From NCBI GenBank assembly GCA_010909165.1, contig MU008197.1, positions 186,001 through 250,000 of the forward strand: a stretch of 64,000 nt of DNA, in the 5' to 3' direction. The notes beneath the pieces were generated by a model. The model was not told where the DNA came from and did no database searches. It saw nothing but the letters and a program-made list of their open reading frames with translations. This DNA is from Anthoceros angustus (Eukaryota; Plantae; Anthocerotophyta). The position numbers were made by a program, and so were the translations under genes. This document shows positions 37,064 through 49,554 of the stretch, piece after piece. The first letter of the stretch is position 1, and every line of letters starts with the position of its first letter.

Positions 37064-37340
37064 CGAGAATCCTTGGAGAGGTAGACAAAATAACCTCGGG
37101 GCTGGCAGCTTCTGGCCCATGTTTTGAGGCTTCCAATTGAGCATGCCGCCTGTGTTGCACAATCCTGATGCCTCGGTCCGTCTAGGTACTTTGACAGTGG
37201 TTGATGCAGCCGGAGGCAGTGGATGTGTGGCTGCAGTTGAGCCTGAGACATGACCTTCGTACAGCTAGCAGGAGATCTTGGAAAGCAGGAAAAGATTAAT
37301 TGTAAAAACTCTGGTGGGTGGCTGAACAGACTGCTACTTG
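37064..37340 (+). pseudogene. Decayed duplicate of the last intron and exon of the DUF1995 gene
   Basis: Similar to 36246-36553 (gagaatccttgg, aatcctgatgcctc, gatgcagc.ggaggcag, gcaggagatcttg, ggactc.ttgaaaaggg), with indels and stops. Confidence 0.8.
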
Positions 37341-37647
37341 AGGACTCGTTGAAAAGGGTCAGAGGATCATACCACTCCACAAGAGCCTCATAGCTATGTA
37401 TGCCTCATTCACCACTAATTAGTCATTACATCTGGTGGTTGATTGATTGCTTGACACTCGATCAAACGGCCAGGATAGAGAAGAAACGAAGAAAGCCTGC
37501 ACTCAAACTTAACACCGGAGAAAGTAATCTGCAAGACACAAAACATGGTGTTGTTTCTTACACAATTACAACCTGGAGTAACCTACTTTCAGGCTTTAGA
37601 AATCGGATATCATCAGAAAGACGAGATACATCAATAGCTACATAGTT

Positions 37648-37717
37648 TGGATTACAGGTTGCTAGCTCATGGACAGTAGGAATGGATTACAGGTTGCTAG
37701 CTCATGGACAGTAGGAA
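37648..37717. repeat. Perfect 35-bp tandem duplication
   Basis: tggattacaggttgctagctcatggacagtaggaa occurs twice in tandem. Confidence 0.95.
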
Positions 37718-37820
37718 TAAAGAATGTGCTACTTTCTGAAATCTGAAGTATCCAGATCACATGAAACAGCATGTTGAATCACGATGTCACGTATTCTGTT
37801 CAATATTAATCCATCCCAAG

Positions 37821-38357
37821 TCACACGCCTACTTCACTCCAAACGGATGAAGAAGCCAGAAGTGGGTCTTGCTCGGTGGAAGCAAGGGGAACAGCAGCAA
37901 CTGGGTCTACCACAGCTGCGGAGGCATGTACAACAGCGTCAACTGGATGTAACTCAGTGGATGCAAGTGGAGCAGTGGAGTCGAACAGAAGGTTGTCTGA
38001 AGAAGCAAGTGGAGCACTAGCATCTGATGAACTTGTAGAATCCAAGCCAAGTTGGTCCGTAGAAGTTAGACCCGCCATTGGAAGACAGAGTTCCCCAAGG
38101 AAAAGGAGTCTTTGGCAGCTTGTCAAAGCACAACAAGTTCCTCCGCGGCATCCTTGGAATGAACAAGTCAAGGGAATAGAGAAGTCTGAAAAATCAAGCA
38201 GCCCTCGCCTGCTCGAGCTCACATCTCGTGAGAGAGAAACTGCTCCTTTTAGCATACGTCCGCCAAGTTTGCTTTGCTCGTGCGCGTTACAGGAAATGAC
38301 GGTGAAGCATACACAAGCGATTAGCAAAACGGCAATGCTATTTGTGTTGTTAGCCAT
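37821..38357 (-). CDS. Secreted cysteine-rich precursor with knottin-like C-C-CC-C-C core and acidic tail (paralog 1)
   Basis: Signal peptide, pro-region ending RR, then CSFQGCRGGTCCALTSCQRLLFLGELC and a Ser/Asp/Ala-rich tail. Confidence 0.8.
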   Translation of the reverse strand: MANNTNSIAVLLIACVCFTVISCNAHEQSKLGGRMLKGAVSLSRDVSSSRRGLLDFSDFSIPLTCSFQGCRGGTCCALTSCQRLLFLGELCLPMAGLTSTDQLGLDSTSSSDASAPLASSDNLLFDSTAPLASTELHPVDAVVHASAAVVDPVAAVPLASTEQDPLLASSSVWSEVGV

Positions 38358-39456
38358 TTTGCTCGGACCTGCTGCAACCGATAGCTATGTAAGTCCTGTG
38401 AGGGAGAAATCACAGAATAGTACTAGTATTTAGAAAAACAATGTAAAAATACCATGGAATAAAAACGTTCAAATACTTATATACGCACACGGAATGCTTG
38501 AGTTATGAAGACGGGTAACATGTGCTGTGGACCTCTTCTAGAGCCACTGTATAAAGAAAGAGGGAGACTTTATGTAGAAAGAAAAGAGATAAAAAAACAA
38601 TACTATCTACACCCGAAAAAATAACGGGGGTCAACTCAACAAAGGGCACAAGGCCAAGGTCCACTCTTTGAAGTTTGGTTTGGTTGGTTGACTTAGTGTA
38701 ATTCCTTCTAAAATTATTTTTTATTCTTATTTATTCTCGTAAAAATCGTGCGTATTTATTAAAATAAGAGCTATGTTTCTAGGAACTAGATATTGGTCAA
38801 GTTTAATATTATATCAAATATATTATATTATATTACATTATACTATTTATTTTTAATTTTCTAATATAATATTATATACAAAGAAATAACCTCATCCACT
38901 AGATCAAACAACTTCATTACAACCACCTCCTGCTCAAGAGCTATTTTTAATGAGGGACGTCAATGTGAAATGATATTAATAATATTTTAATTTAATTTAT
39001 CTCCCTTTCAAAAATGATTAGAATGTATCATTATCAAGTTAAAGGTTTGACCCTAGCACTAGGGAAAATTACTGTAGGTAATGACTACGACATAGTTTTG
39101 CTTCTAAAGAAAGATAATTACCAACATATAGGTAAGGAATTACAATGTCTTCCCTTTCTCTTTACACATGAGCTTATTAGGAAATTGTAATATGAAAGCA
39201 GTAATAGATTTTAAAAAGAAGAAGAAATATAAAGTGTTATGTAGATAAATAAAATTATATATTATAAACAATAAATCAGGACCTTAGGTAATATTGAAGC
39301 CATTCCATTGCACACTTCAAAGCACCTCCCACCCATATCTAATAGTTCAACAATTCATCAGGTGCATGGATTATTTATCTTCTCCATCACCACCTTCTGT
39401 TCTTACGTAACCTTTACCACTTGTCAAGGAGGGAACAATGACCCAGTCCAGTATGT

Positions 39457-39885
39457 TTATAACCCCCTTGAGAACCAATCATCTTGTGAACCATCACTTC
39501 CCGGTCCCCCTAGTGAACCATCACTAGGAGGACCTAGTGAACCATCACTAGGTCCCCCTAATGAACCATCGTCTCCACCACCACGTCTTGGTGAACCGCC
39601 AGCCACTAAAGGGATGCAAACTTTTGGTCCAAAAAGAAAGAGTTGAGTACAAGTGGACAAGCCATTGCAACAAGTATCACCTTCTAGACATTTTAAATAT
39701 AAAACACACTCAAGTGGATTTGTAATTTCAACTGCACTACGTTTGGTTATTTTATTAGAAATAGAAAGAGCTCCTTTCATTAGTCGTCCATCACTTTTAC
39801 CTTTTTTCTCAGCTTTACAAGAGGATATAACACACAAAACTATAAGGAACAAAGAAAGTAAACCAATTCGAGATTTTTTTTCCAT
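39457..39885 (-). CDS. Secreted cysteine-rich precursor with knottin-like core and Gly/Pro/Asp repeat tail (paralog 2)
   Basis: MEKKSRIGLLSLFLIVLCVISSCKA; GRLMKGALSIS matches paralog 1 GRMLKGAVSLS. KR is followed by CVLYLKCLEGDTCCNGLSTCTQLFLFGPKVC and DGSLG[GP]P repeats. Confidence 0.8.
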   Translation of the reverse strand: MEKKSRIGLLSLFLIVLCVISSCKAEKKGKSDGRLMKGALSISNKITKRSAVEITNPLECVLYLKCLEGDTCCNGLSTCTQLFLFGPKVCIPLVAGGSPRRGGGDDGSLGGPSDGSLGPPSDGSLGGPGSDGSQDDWFSRGL

Positions 39886-41176
39886 ACTGACAACGATCAA
39901 AACGACCTTCACAACAATAAAATATTGATGGAACAATATATCAATGAATGTATCAAAGTGAAATTCTAACTCATACTCTTGAAGGGGGTTAGCTCATCCC
40001 TCGCAATCTCAAAACATAAGTCTTACATGACATAAAGGAGAAGTAGGTTTATATAGGTTATTAGAGAGTGTAAATAATATGTTATCAATTTGCTGAAAAA
40101 AAATGTTACACTGAAAATAATAAAATAATAAAATAAATATAAGTATAGTTCAACAAATCTCAATTAGAATTTATAGCTAACCATACAATGATGATTGATT
40201 ATGACTACATGATTAAGCAAAATTGAATTGGACGGTAGAAGCCGATTCTATTTGTCCTTCATTATATAGAAAAAAAGAATGACCATAGTGAATCAAGCAC
40301 AGTTGATCCATATTGTACCATGTCTGTCCAACATTTCTGACTTGCTAGACAATTGACATGTATTTCGGGGTCAAAGGCCGTGCGAGCTCAGCAATTTGGT
40401 AAGCGGCGAGAAGCATAGACACATACTTTGCTTAAAATAGTCTTGAGGAAGGAAGCCTAGCTTGTGGACAAGGTGTGCATTCTCTGTTAAGATATGTTCA
40501 TTTCTCACGATTGAATGCGCTGGAATCAAAGTAGGCAAATTGCCTCTGCCCTTTGCCACCAGGCTACATACCCTCAACACCCTCACACCACGAAGCCATG
40601 CCAGGCTTTCAAAGAACAAAACGCCTCTGCCTAAGAGCAGAAAGAATTACAAATTCATTAGGAGCACGCAAACACTACAGAGAGCTAATCTGCCTTAAGG
40701 AATGCAACGAAAACCTTCAACACTATGCCTAGATATGCGCCTGCTCCGTACTACTGCTGATTGGTCAAGAATTGGAACTTCGAGGCTTCGTAGACTCTAC
40801 AGAATATGACTGGGGCTACATCCAAATAGCCTTCATGTTCACATCATGACAATCACGGACTACACGTCACATTTCAAGGTCACAACACCTCTGTCCACCC
40901 CACATGTAAAAGAAAAAATGGCCACCCACCTATCTAACATTTGTAGACATCACAATCTCACCAGTTTATCTTTAGACTAGGAGAGATTGAATCAATTGAG
41001 GAAGAAATCCTCCACAAATTAATTACCCTCGAACACAATTCTGCACAGTAAGCCAAGAGCTAGATTAGAACTTACAAAATTGTAATGCCCATAAGGCTAG
41101 AAATAAACCAGGTCATAAGGCACACTGTGACTAGCCTGTAGCTTGAAAATTACACATTCAACCCCATACACTCAAA

Positions 41177-42335
41177 ATGGCTTCCTCATTGATTTCCTTG
41201 TCCAAAGAGGACTGCTTTGACAAGCAACAGCACAAGTTCGCTGTTTGGAAATTCTGCATTACAAACATCCTAAAAGAAAGTTATGGCGTTATGTAGGCGA
41301 TGTTGACGACCCACCAAGTGTCATCGTAAACCCTAGTGCTGTCGGAACACAAGCCCAAAGAGAAGAGTGGGAAGAGAAAAATCAGTAGGCTAAAAATGTT
41401 CTCATGCAATCAATGCGGCAAGGTGACGTCAGCAAATTGAGGGTGCGGACTCCACCGCTGAAGCATGGCAACAGTTCCACGACATCAATGCTGCAACGGA
41501 TATAATGCACACATTGCATACCTTGAAGAATTTAGAACTACCCCTTGAGAATGGCCGAAGGTGACCCGGTCGACCTCCACACTATTTCCTTCCGTAGCTG
41601 GAGTGCAAAGTTTCACGCCACGGGATTTACAATTAACGAAGACCTATTGACCGCCATTCTACTTACCACCCTACGAGAATTGTGCGTTAGCGTGGTATAA
41701 TCCTTGCAGGGGGCCAAGCCTCTTGCCGTCAACAAAGTCATAAGCGCTATGCTCACTGAAGAAGCTCGGCGCAAGATCTGTGCTCACTCCTTCGGTGGCG
41801 ATAGGTAGCGCTCTAGCTCTAGCGCTTTCTACTCATGCTAACAGCACTTCAGAGGCAGAGGCAGGCCCGACTTCAGGGGCAAAGGATTCCAGGGTAGAGG
41901 TATCTTCAATCCAAACTAGGGCAGGGGTACCCATAATGCGACATGGTGGAAGATTTGTGGGTACTGTAAAATTCTTGGTCATACATATGAAGAATGCCGA
42001 AAGCAACTTGCTGTACACAACACAAGGCAGAATGAACATTCAGGGCAATTAGCCCTTACTATGAAACGACATTCCAAGGCGTTCATAACACACATCAGCC
42101 TCACCGGGTCAGAACCTACACCTTCAGCACTTGTAGCATCATGCCTGACAGCCCAAGGACAACACCTGGTATATCAATTGCGGTGCCTCCCAACATATGA
42201 CACCACACAAAGAATACTTCAGCAGTTTTTCAGCATCTTCCCCTCCTCACTGTGGTAGTCTTGAAGATGATACCAGGCACTCTATTACAGGTCATTGCGG
42301 TCAATCTAAAATTGAATCCCGGCCATACCTTCAAA
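41177..42335 (+). mobile_element. Ty1/Copia gag-protease fragment (degenerate)
   Basis: Zinc knuckle CGYCKILGHTYEEC (~41945) and protease motif TWYINCGASQHMT (~42165). Confidence 0.85.
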
Positions 42336-42336
42336 A

Positions 42337-42612
42337 TATTAGAAGTTCTACATGATGAAATGCACTTGATTTAGGACACTATTCACTATGGCAACTTTAC
42401 TTAAACATTAGTTTCTTCTTAGGGCATTAAATGGTTACTTAATTAGTTGCTCTTAGGTAGTTAGTTGTTATATTAGTTACAAGTACCTATTGGTTACAAC
42501 CACTCATGGTTATAACCACCTTGCCTTTATAAAGGCATGTACTTTCTATTATGCAATGTAACAAAGTTTGTGTGCAAGTATGTATACGTGGTTTTCATCA
42601 TGGTATCAGAGC
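42337..42612 (+). mobile_element. LTR ending ..TCA (42600) followed by tRNA-iMet primer-binding site
   Basis: gttttcatca|TGGTATCAGAGC at 42601-42612, with an internal TATA-like ctttataaag. The LTR 5' end is approximate. Confidence 0.75.
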
Positions 42613-42937
42613 TTTAGCTCTAGATTCTTAAGCATCTTGCTTGCCATATTCTAAGGCATTAATCCTACTATGCATTTTCTATTCTATTCAGCTGAATGTT
42701 GCTGATGTTTGACATAGGTAAGTGCTTTGGTTAATACATCGGCCGTCATTAGCTCTGTCAGTAAATAAAATACCTCAAATTTACCGTCTTCTACCACTTA
42801 TCAAATAAAGTGGAATTGGACTTCTATGTGCTTGGTCCTCGCATGGAACTTTGGGTTGTAAGTGAGTGCAATAGCACTCTGATTATCACAATATAGCAGC
42901 CTTGGTATCTATTGTATTTCTGAAAGTTCAGAGAGCT

Positions 42938-43358
42938 GTAGTAGCTGCCATAGGCTGTCCTTGCAAGCATGAGTGAGTGAGCAATGTAGTAGCTGCCATA
43001 GGCTGTCCTTGCAAGCATGAGTGAGTGAGCAATGTAGTAGTTGTCATAGGCTGTCCTTGCAAGCATGAGTGAGTGAGCAATGTAGTAGCTGCCATAGGCC
43101 GTCCTTGAAAGCATGAGTGAGTGAGCAATGTAATAGCCATAGGCTGTCCTTGCAAGCATGAGTGAGTTAGCAATGTAGTAGCTGCCATAGGCCGTCCTTG
43201 CAAGCATGAGTGAGTGAGCAATGTAATAGCCATAGGCTGTCCTTGCAAGCATGAGTGAATGAGCAATGTAGTAGCTGCCATAGGCCGTCCTTGCAAGCAT
43301 GAGTGAGTGAGCAATGTAGTTGCTGCCATAGGCTGTCCTTGCAAGCATGAGTGAGTGA
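42938..43358 (-). repeat. 45/48-bp minisatellite (~9 units) derived from Copia RNase H coding sequence
   Basis: Unit gtagtagctgccataggctgtccttgcaagcatgagtgagtgagcaat. It continues in frame from SSTEAEYFSLTHACKDSLW. Confidence 0.9.
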
Positions 43359-43359
43359 G

Positions 43360-44525
43360 AAATATTCGGCTTCAGTTGAGCTGAGTGCCATCACTTGTTG
43401 TCGTTTGATGCTCCGATTTGTTGCTGTTCCGCCAAGCATGTATACGAAGTTGCTTGTGCTCTTCCTGTCATTATTAAGATTCTCTGCGCAGTCAGCGTCA
43501 CTGTAGCCCTCAAGCTGTAGAGGCTCACCTTGCTTAGTTGATGATTGGTGTAGGAGTCCCATGTGGAGTGTTGCGCTCAAATATCTTAACACGGGCTTGA
43601 CTGCCCTCCAACGAGCTTGAGTTGGAGCTGCTAAGAGCTTAGGATAATGGTCCCGCTAAAAAGAAAGGGTCTGGGCTAGTACAAACCATAAGATACATCA
43701 GGCTCCCAATAGCAAAGGAATATAGTAGCTCGTTCTCGCAAGAAGGAGTCACCTGACGATCTTCCTCCTTATTAAGCTTCAGGTTAGCGTCCATAGGTGT
43801 GGAAATAGGCCTAGACTCTAACATGTTGTACTTAGTTAGAACTTCTTAAATATACTTAGACTGATGAATGAAAATGCTTCTAGGTTCCCTACACCTTAAA
43901 ATTTGAATGCCTAGACAAAATGAAAGTTCTCGGCATGTTGTCATGGAGAAGCTCTTTCGAAGCACTAGTCTAGTGTCCTCTAAGACCTTTAGAGTTGGAC
44001 ATGAGAACAATGTCATCAACGTAAACAGCTAGTACAATGAAGTACCTACCGTATCTCTTAGTGTAGATATTGCTATCCGAGTGTAGTCTAGTGAAGCCTA
44101 GAGACTTAAGACTAATATCTAATTTAAAATACCACTTCATTGCGCTTTGCTTAAGCTCATACAGCGACTTTAATAATTTGCAAGCATTATACTTTGCCTT
44201 ATTCTCCACTCATATGCCCTCGGGTATTTCCATATAAATGGTGTGGTCCAGGTCACCGCATAAAAAAATTTCTTAATATCTAGATATATAAGCTCATAGT
44301 CATGGTGAGAAGCTAAGGTTATAAGAATCCTTAATGAGGTTATTTTCAGTACGGCTCTAAAGGTCTTAGAGTATTCTTTGGCCACTAATATGGCCTTGTA
44401 TCTCTCTATGCTACGATCAGCATTTAATTTAATCTTAAAAGTCCACTTGGAACCTACTAGTTTTCTATTTAAGGGTAAAGAAGTTAGTGTCCAAGTTTTA
44501 TTAGCTTCTAAGGAATCTAGTTTTG
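43360..44525 (-). mobile_element. Ty1/Copia RT-RNase H fragment (degenerate)
   Basis: LLKSLYELKQSA, LAVYVDDI, IGSLMYL, GYSDADCA..RKSTS and ALSSTEAEY. Confidence 0.92.
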
Positions 44526-44551
44526 ACCTTACCTAGTCCAGGCACCGACTA

Positions 44552-44862
44552 GCAATGGCGGGAGCAAGAAGGAGGCAGTGAATGGCGATGGTGGGAGCAA
44601 GAAGTAGGCAGCGAATGGCAATGGCGCGAGCAAGAAGCAGGTAGCGAATGGCCATGGCGGGAGCAAGAAGCGGCCGACCGCAATGGAGCAAGAAGGTGGA
44701 GCGACGGCGATGGCGGAGCAAGAAGCGTGCAGCGATGGCGGGAGCAAGAAGTGCAGCGATGGCGGCGAGCAAAAGCGCAAGAAGCGATGGCGGGAGCAAG
44801 CGAGGCGGCGATGGCGGGAGCAAAAAGTAGGCAGCGACTGGGATGGTGGGAGCAAGAAGCAG
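44552..44862. repeat. Degenerate ~27-33-bp tandem repeat (gcgatggcgggagcaagaag)
   Basis: About 10 imperfect units seen directly. Confidence 0.8.
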
Positions 44863-45084
44863 GTGTCGAAGATGTCCCTCACAAGCCATTGGTGTGTGAA
44901 GGCAACCCAAGTTGGAGATCTCGTCCATTGATCACTTCCAATTTTGCTAATGCCAAGGCTGCCAATACCCTCAATAAATTCGCATCTGATATAAACATCT
45001 TGATGCAAACCGAGAACTTGAAGTAAAACAGACTTTTTGACCTTGTAAACTTGTGATAAATTGGGCAAGTTGCAGCTAGGGGAT

Positions 45085-45240
45085 TATATTTATTCCTAAA
45101 TACAACGCAAAAAGTTAGATCCCAAGGCTGTCAAATATACTTTTATTGGCTACACCGAAGGCATCAAAGGTTACAAATTATTTGATCCTTTTACCCAAAA
45201 GCTTCTTTATGCACGGAGTGTTACCTTTCATGAGTCTCAA
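45085..45240 (+). mobile_element. Copia integrase C-terminal (SH3-like) fragment
   Basis: KKLDPKAVKYTFIGYTEGIKGYKLFDP. Confidence 0.8.
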
Positions 45241-45581
45241 CTATTTTCGTCTTCAGTGGGAGCTCATGACTCTAGCAATCAACAAGTTTCCGATGACGAT
45301 AATGAATATTCTCTATTCGATGATACTGACCATCTTACCGTCTTCCCTGTGCCTGCTTCACGTGTTCCTTTGGTATGTTATATCTTATATAATCAATGTT
45401 AAATCTTATATATCAAGTTAACCTTATTTGGTATGCAAACTCATCAAATGCATAGATGTATTTGATGATGAGGACTACTTAGAGATAGAAGAAGAACTTG
45501 AAACTTTTGACAAACTATGTGGTCTATAGTTAAGGTTAACTTTTAGTTGCCCATTCAAGTTGCTAACTTAAGCTAGCTAAG

Positions 45582-47950
45582 TTAGGGTGGTTTAGACTTG
45601 ATATCTAGTATCCCTAAACTCTTCATATGTTTACCATGTAACTCTCGACTTAGGGATTTGGTTAATAAATCGGCTGAGTTATCATGTGTTGGGATATAAT
45701 TGATATCTATTATCTTGTTTTCTAATATTTTTCTTATATAGTAGTATTCAACTGCTATGTGCTTGGTTCTTGAGTGAAATACAAGATTTCTAGCCTTGAC
45801 TATCGTTGAATAGTAGCGTAGGGTCATCTTGAGTATGATTAAGTTCATCTAAGGCCAACCTACTCCAGACGATATCTTAAGCGATTGATGTTAGTACCCT
45901 ATACTCTGACTCAGTGCTAGAAAGGGCAATTGTAGGTTGTTTCTTACTTGACCATGAGATGGGGGCCTTGGCTAGTATGAGCACATAACCTGATCCGGAT
46001 CTTCTATTGTCGGGCTCACCAGCATAATCAGCATCAGCGTAGGCTGTCAATCTTAGCTTGTTGATGCTGGGTATATGTTGATATACAAGTCCAGTATGCA
46101 TGGTGCTCTTAAGGTATCTGAAGATACGCTTAACTGACATATAGTGTTCTCGTCCAGGATTTTCTAAAAATTGTGAGTAACTACTAACTTCAAATGATAT
46201 ATCAAGTCTTGTGAAGTTGATTAAGTAAATGAGAGTGTCAATAACAAGTTGATATGGAACTGCTGATATTTCTAACTTGTCTGCATTTGTCTTGGGACTC
46301 ATATCTAATGTGAGTTGAATCCCACTAGCGAATGGTGTTGGAGGAAGTTTAACATCCTGTAATCCAAACTTAATTAAGCTTTCCTTAATATACTTAGTTT
46401 GAACTATACTTAAAATTTTATTGCTTTGATCTCACATAATATTAACACCAAGTGCATCAGTCATCTCTCCAAGATCGTCATCTCGAAATGACTTCTTAAC
46501 CGAGCTTTAAAGGAGCTTTAAAGGCTGTAAAGGAGCATTTTATTTCTTCCTTCACTTACTTTTCTCAACTGTCACTTTTTATTTTCCTTTCCTTTATCCT
46601 CTAGTACTAGTAAGCTGGAGATCCAAAAATTCGAAGATGGTTAATAGAAGGCTTTTTACCAGTAAATGCTTCATATGGTGTCATACCAGAGACAGCGGAT
46701 GTTGGCAATCTATTGATGAGATATATAGCTGTAAGAATGGCTTCAGCCCAATAAACCTTGGGGAGCTTGGCTTGGGTCAATAAGCATCCAATGATCTCTT
46801 GAAGACATAAATTCTTGTTTCAACTATGCCATTTTGCTGAGGTGTGTGTACAACTGTGAGTTGTTGAGCTATACCTTCAGCTCGACAAAAATCAACAAAT
46901 TCATGTTATGTAAACTCTCTTCCACTGTCAGAACGCAAGGTTTTGAGTTTCTTATCAATTAATCTTTCCGCCCTAGCCATATAATCCTTGAAGAAGTTGT
47001 AGGCGTCACTCTTGTGCTTGAGGATGTATGTGAGGACAAAACGGAAATAGTCATTTGTGAAGGCTACGAAATATCTGCTACCACTGAAGGATGGTGTAGA
47101 GATAGGACCACAAATGTCGATATGAACAAGTTCTAAAGGAGAGGATGCCCTCTGTGGAGATTATATTTGTTCTTAAAAGGAGCTTGGTCTTTATTGGTAA
47201 CAACATTGGCTTTCACCATGGTAGGTGTTGTATGTTAGAAAGACAGGGAGTTCTATAGAGACTACCCTTCGACATTTGGAGAAGCTTTAAGCTATTTGGA
47301 TTACCTAAGCGTCAATGTCAATGCATGGTACGTGTAGGTGTCGCTGTATTTTGAGAGGCAATGTTGATAGAATGGGAAACTCCCACTTGAAGTGACAATC
47401 TATAGACACATCGTCTAACATGCCTATGCAGATGACTAGTTTTATGTTACTTGTGTAGGAAATGAGACAATTATCTGCATTTAAGGTCACCGGTGTCGCT
47501 GTATTTTGAGAGGCAATGTTGATAAAATGGGAAACTCCCACTTGAAGTGACAATCTATAGACACATCGTCTAACATGCCTATGCAGATGACTAGTTTTAT
47601 GTTACTTGTGTAGGAAATGAGACAATTATCTGCATTTAAGGTCACTTGCATAGTGTGTTCTTTACAAAGACTCGTAGCTGACACTAAATTTTTGCATATG
47701 GCAGGAATATGAAGGACTTAATGGAGGTGAAGGGTCTGACCTATATTACATCTGAGTATAACTGAACCAATACCGAAGATGGTAAGAATGTGATCATCCC
47801 CCAAGAAGACAGACTGGTGTCTTGTGGTTGAAGAATATGACTCAAAAGAGTCCTTATTGTAATAGATGCGTGAGGTAGCTCCACTGTCAAGATACCAATT
47901 TTGATTTGAAGGCTGAGATGAAGCCAAACAAATAGTGAGAGCTGAGGGAG
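45582..47950 (-). mobile_element. Ty1/Copia pol remnant (protease, integrase, internally deleted RT, RNase H)
   Basis: WYLDSGATS; LELVHIDICGP, LRSDSGRE and WAEAILTAIYLINRLP; YADADYAG, SSTESEY and HSRTKHI. Confidence 0.9.
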
Positions 47951-49554
47951 TTGAAACTGTCTCCATAGTTAGTGTTGTTGATAATCGTTGGGTTTGGTTC
48001 CTTGTCCTGATTGATAGGTGGTGGAAGATTAACTAGCGGAGGGTCAATGTGATCACCACCATCATCCAAAGCAGCAGCCAAAGCAGATGGATTTAGGCAC
48101 GACTATGTCGTGTGCGTGCATTTTTTGGGGAGATCATTTGAGGAAGTATCTCGATGTAGATATCTTCATCAGAATTGGAGTTTGCACGTGAATGAAATGA
48201 ATTTTGCAAAGAACTATTAGAAACTGTATTTTCTAAGTCTTCAATACGTTTAATTAAACAATTGAAACAAAAAATAAGCAATGATAATTGCTGAATTGTG
48301 GCCTTATGATTTAGTTATGTATCTAACTTGATGGACTCTACAGTTAGTTGCAGGAAACTGATATTAGTGGAAGCATTAGTGGAAGCACTAGGACCAACAA
48401 ATATGTTAGGAAGATGTTGGAGTGCAAGTATAATTGATTATGCTTGTGAGTAGCTAAAACGAGAAAGTAGATCACTTCTAGCAAGCTTAATCAATTGTCC
48501 TTGATTTTCTGATTTGATTATGATCTATAGCTCCAATGTAGTTACTAATAATCTTAGAATCTCCTTCAACTTGATCTCTAATGATGTTTGATCGTTTCTC
48601 TGTTGTTGTAGCCTTGAATCTCCTTCTATTCTCTTGTCTACCAGGATGAGAATGTTAAGATAGTAACCTCCAGCCCTTAGGGCACGCTTCGAATATAGTA
48701 TATATTAAATGTTACTCAAAGTAGACGGTTAGGTTTTGCCCACGACGCGTCATCTCTATAGACATCTGTACATAACGTTTGATACACATTTTCAATGAGA
48801 GCACATCTGTTCATTGCTCCTACGTTCCAGACATTCTCAAATGTAAGTGGAGAAGGGAATGTTTCTCGTGCGTCAACGCAGAGCCCACCAGCACTGTCCC
48901 TATGCATCCAGTCAAGCTGTGACAGACAGGCTAGTACTAGTCTGATGAGACTTAAAAGATTCGGGCATGTGGACACCTGGAATGTGTGAAGGGAGATAGC
49001 TGCTGTGACAAACGAGGACGATATTGGATCTCAGGAGAATGAGTGTGTTCTTCAACACAGACCATTTATGAGAAGAAGAGATCTTTGAGGAGAGAAGATG
49101 CAATCTCTCCTTCCCCACGCCCTGCTAGTCGAATTTTTATGGTGCAGCCTGCACCTGCTGGACCCGCCTCCAGTCCTGGACTGTTTTGTTGGATTGGATG
49201 GCCTTGTGGTTGATAGTCGTATAGCCTTTCCCTGAATGTTTTGCACTGCCTCAACTCTGGTCTTGAAATGTTCAGTGCTCATACGCTTGTGTTATTCTCC
49301 CTGCTGACCCTTGCACGTCCAGGATCGAGACCCAGAAACAAAAGATGGGCAGTATCTCGTAGGGACAGCATCCCCTTTCTATCCTACCTCATATCGAGAA
49401 GCCTCAAGAGGCCATCCCTCTCGTCAGGAGACGTGGCTGAGAGATCCTGTTGTTGCAAACTATAGATTACTGAGGACATCCCACCCCACAAGATGAAGCA
49501 CCCAAATGGCGTGGAAGCTGCCAAGAATAGCTAACAACAAAAGTGAGCAAACCC

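Noticed and set aside
42824-43358. Regular array resembling CRISPR or a repeat protein
   Set aside because: There are no unique spacers, and the unit derives from Copia RNase H in a eukaryotic context.
44529-45068. Hydrophobic ORFs resembling membrane proteins
   Set aside because: They are translations of a ~30-bp tandem repeat within retroelement debris.
49315-49350. Minus-strand LFLGLDPG resembling a TnpB/Fanzor RuvC-I motif
   Set aside because: The frame closes within about 15 codons, and no convincing downstream Glu, zinc-finger or RD.NAA motifs are present.
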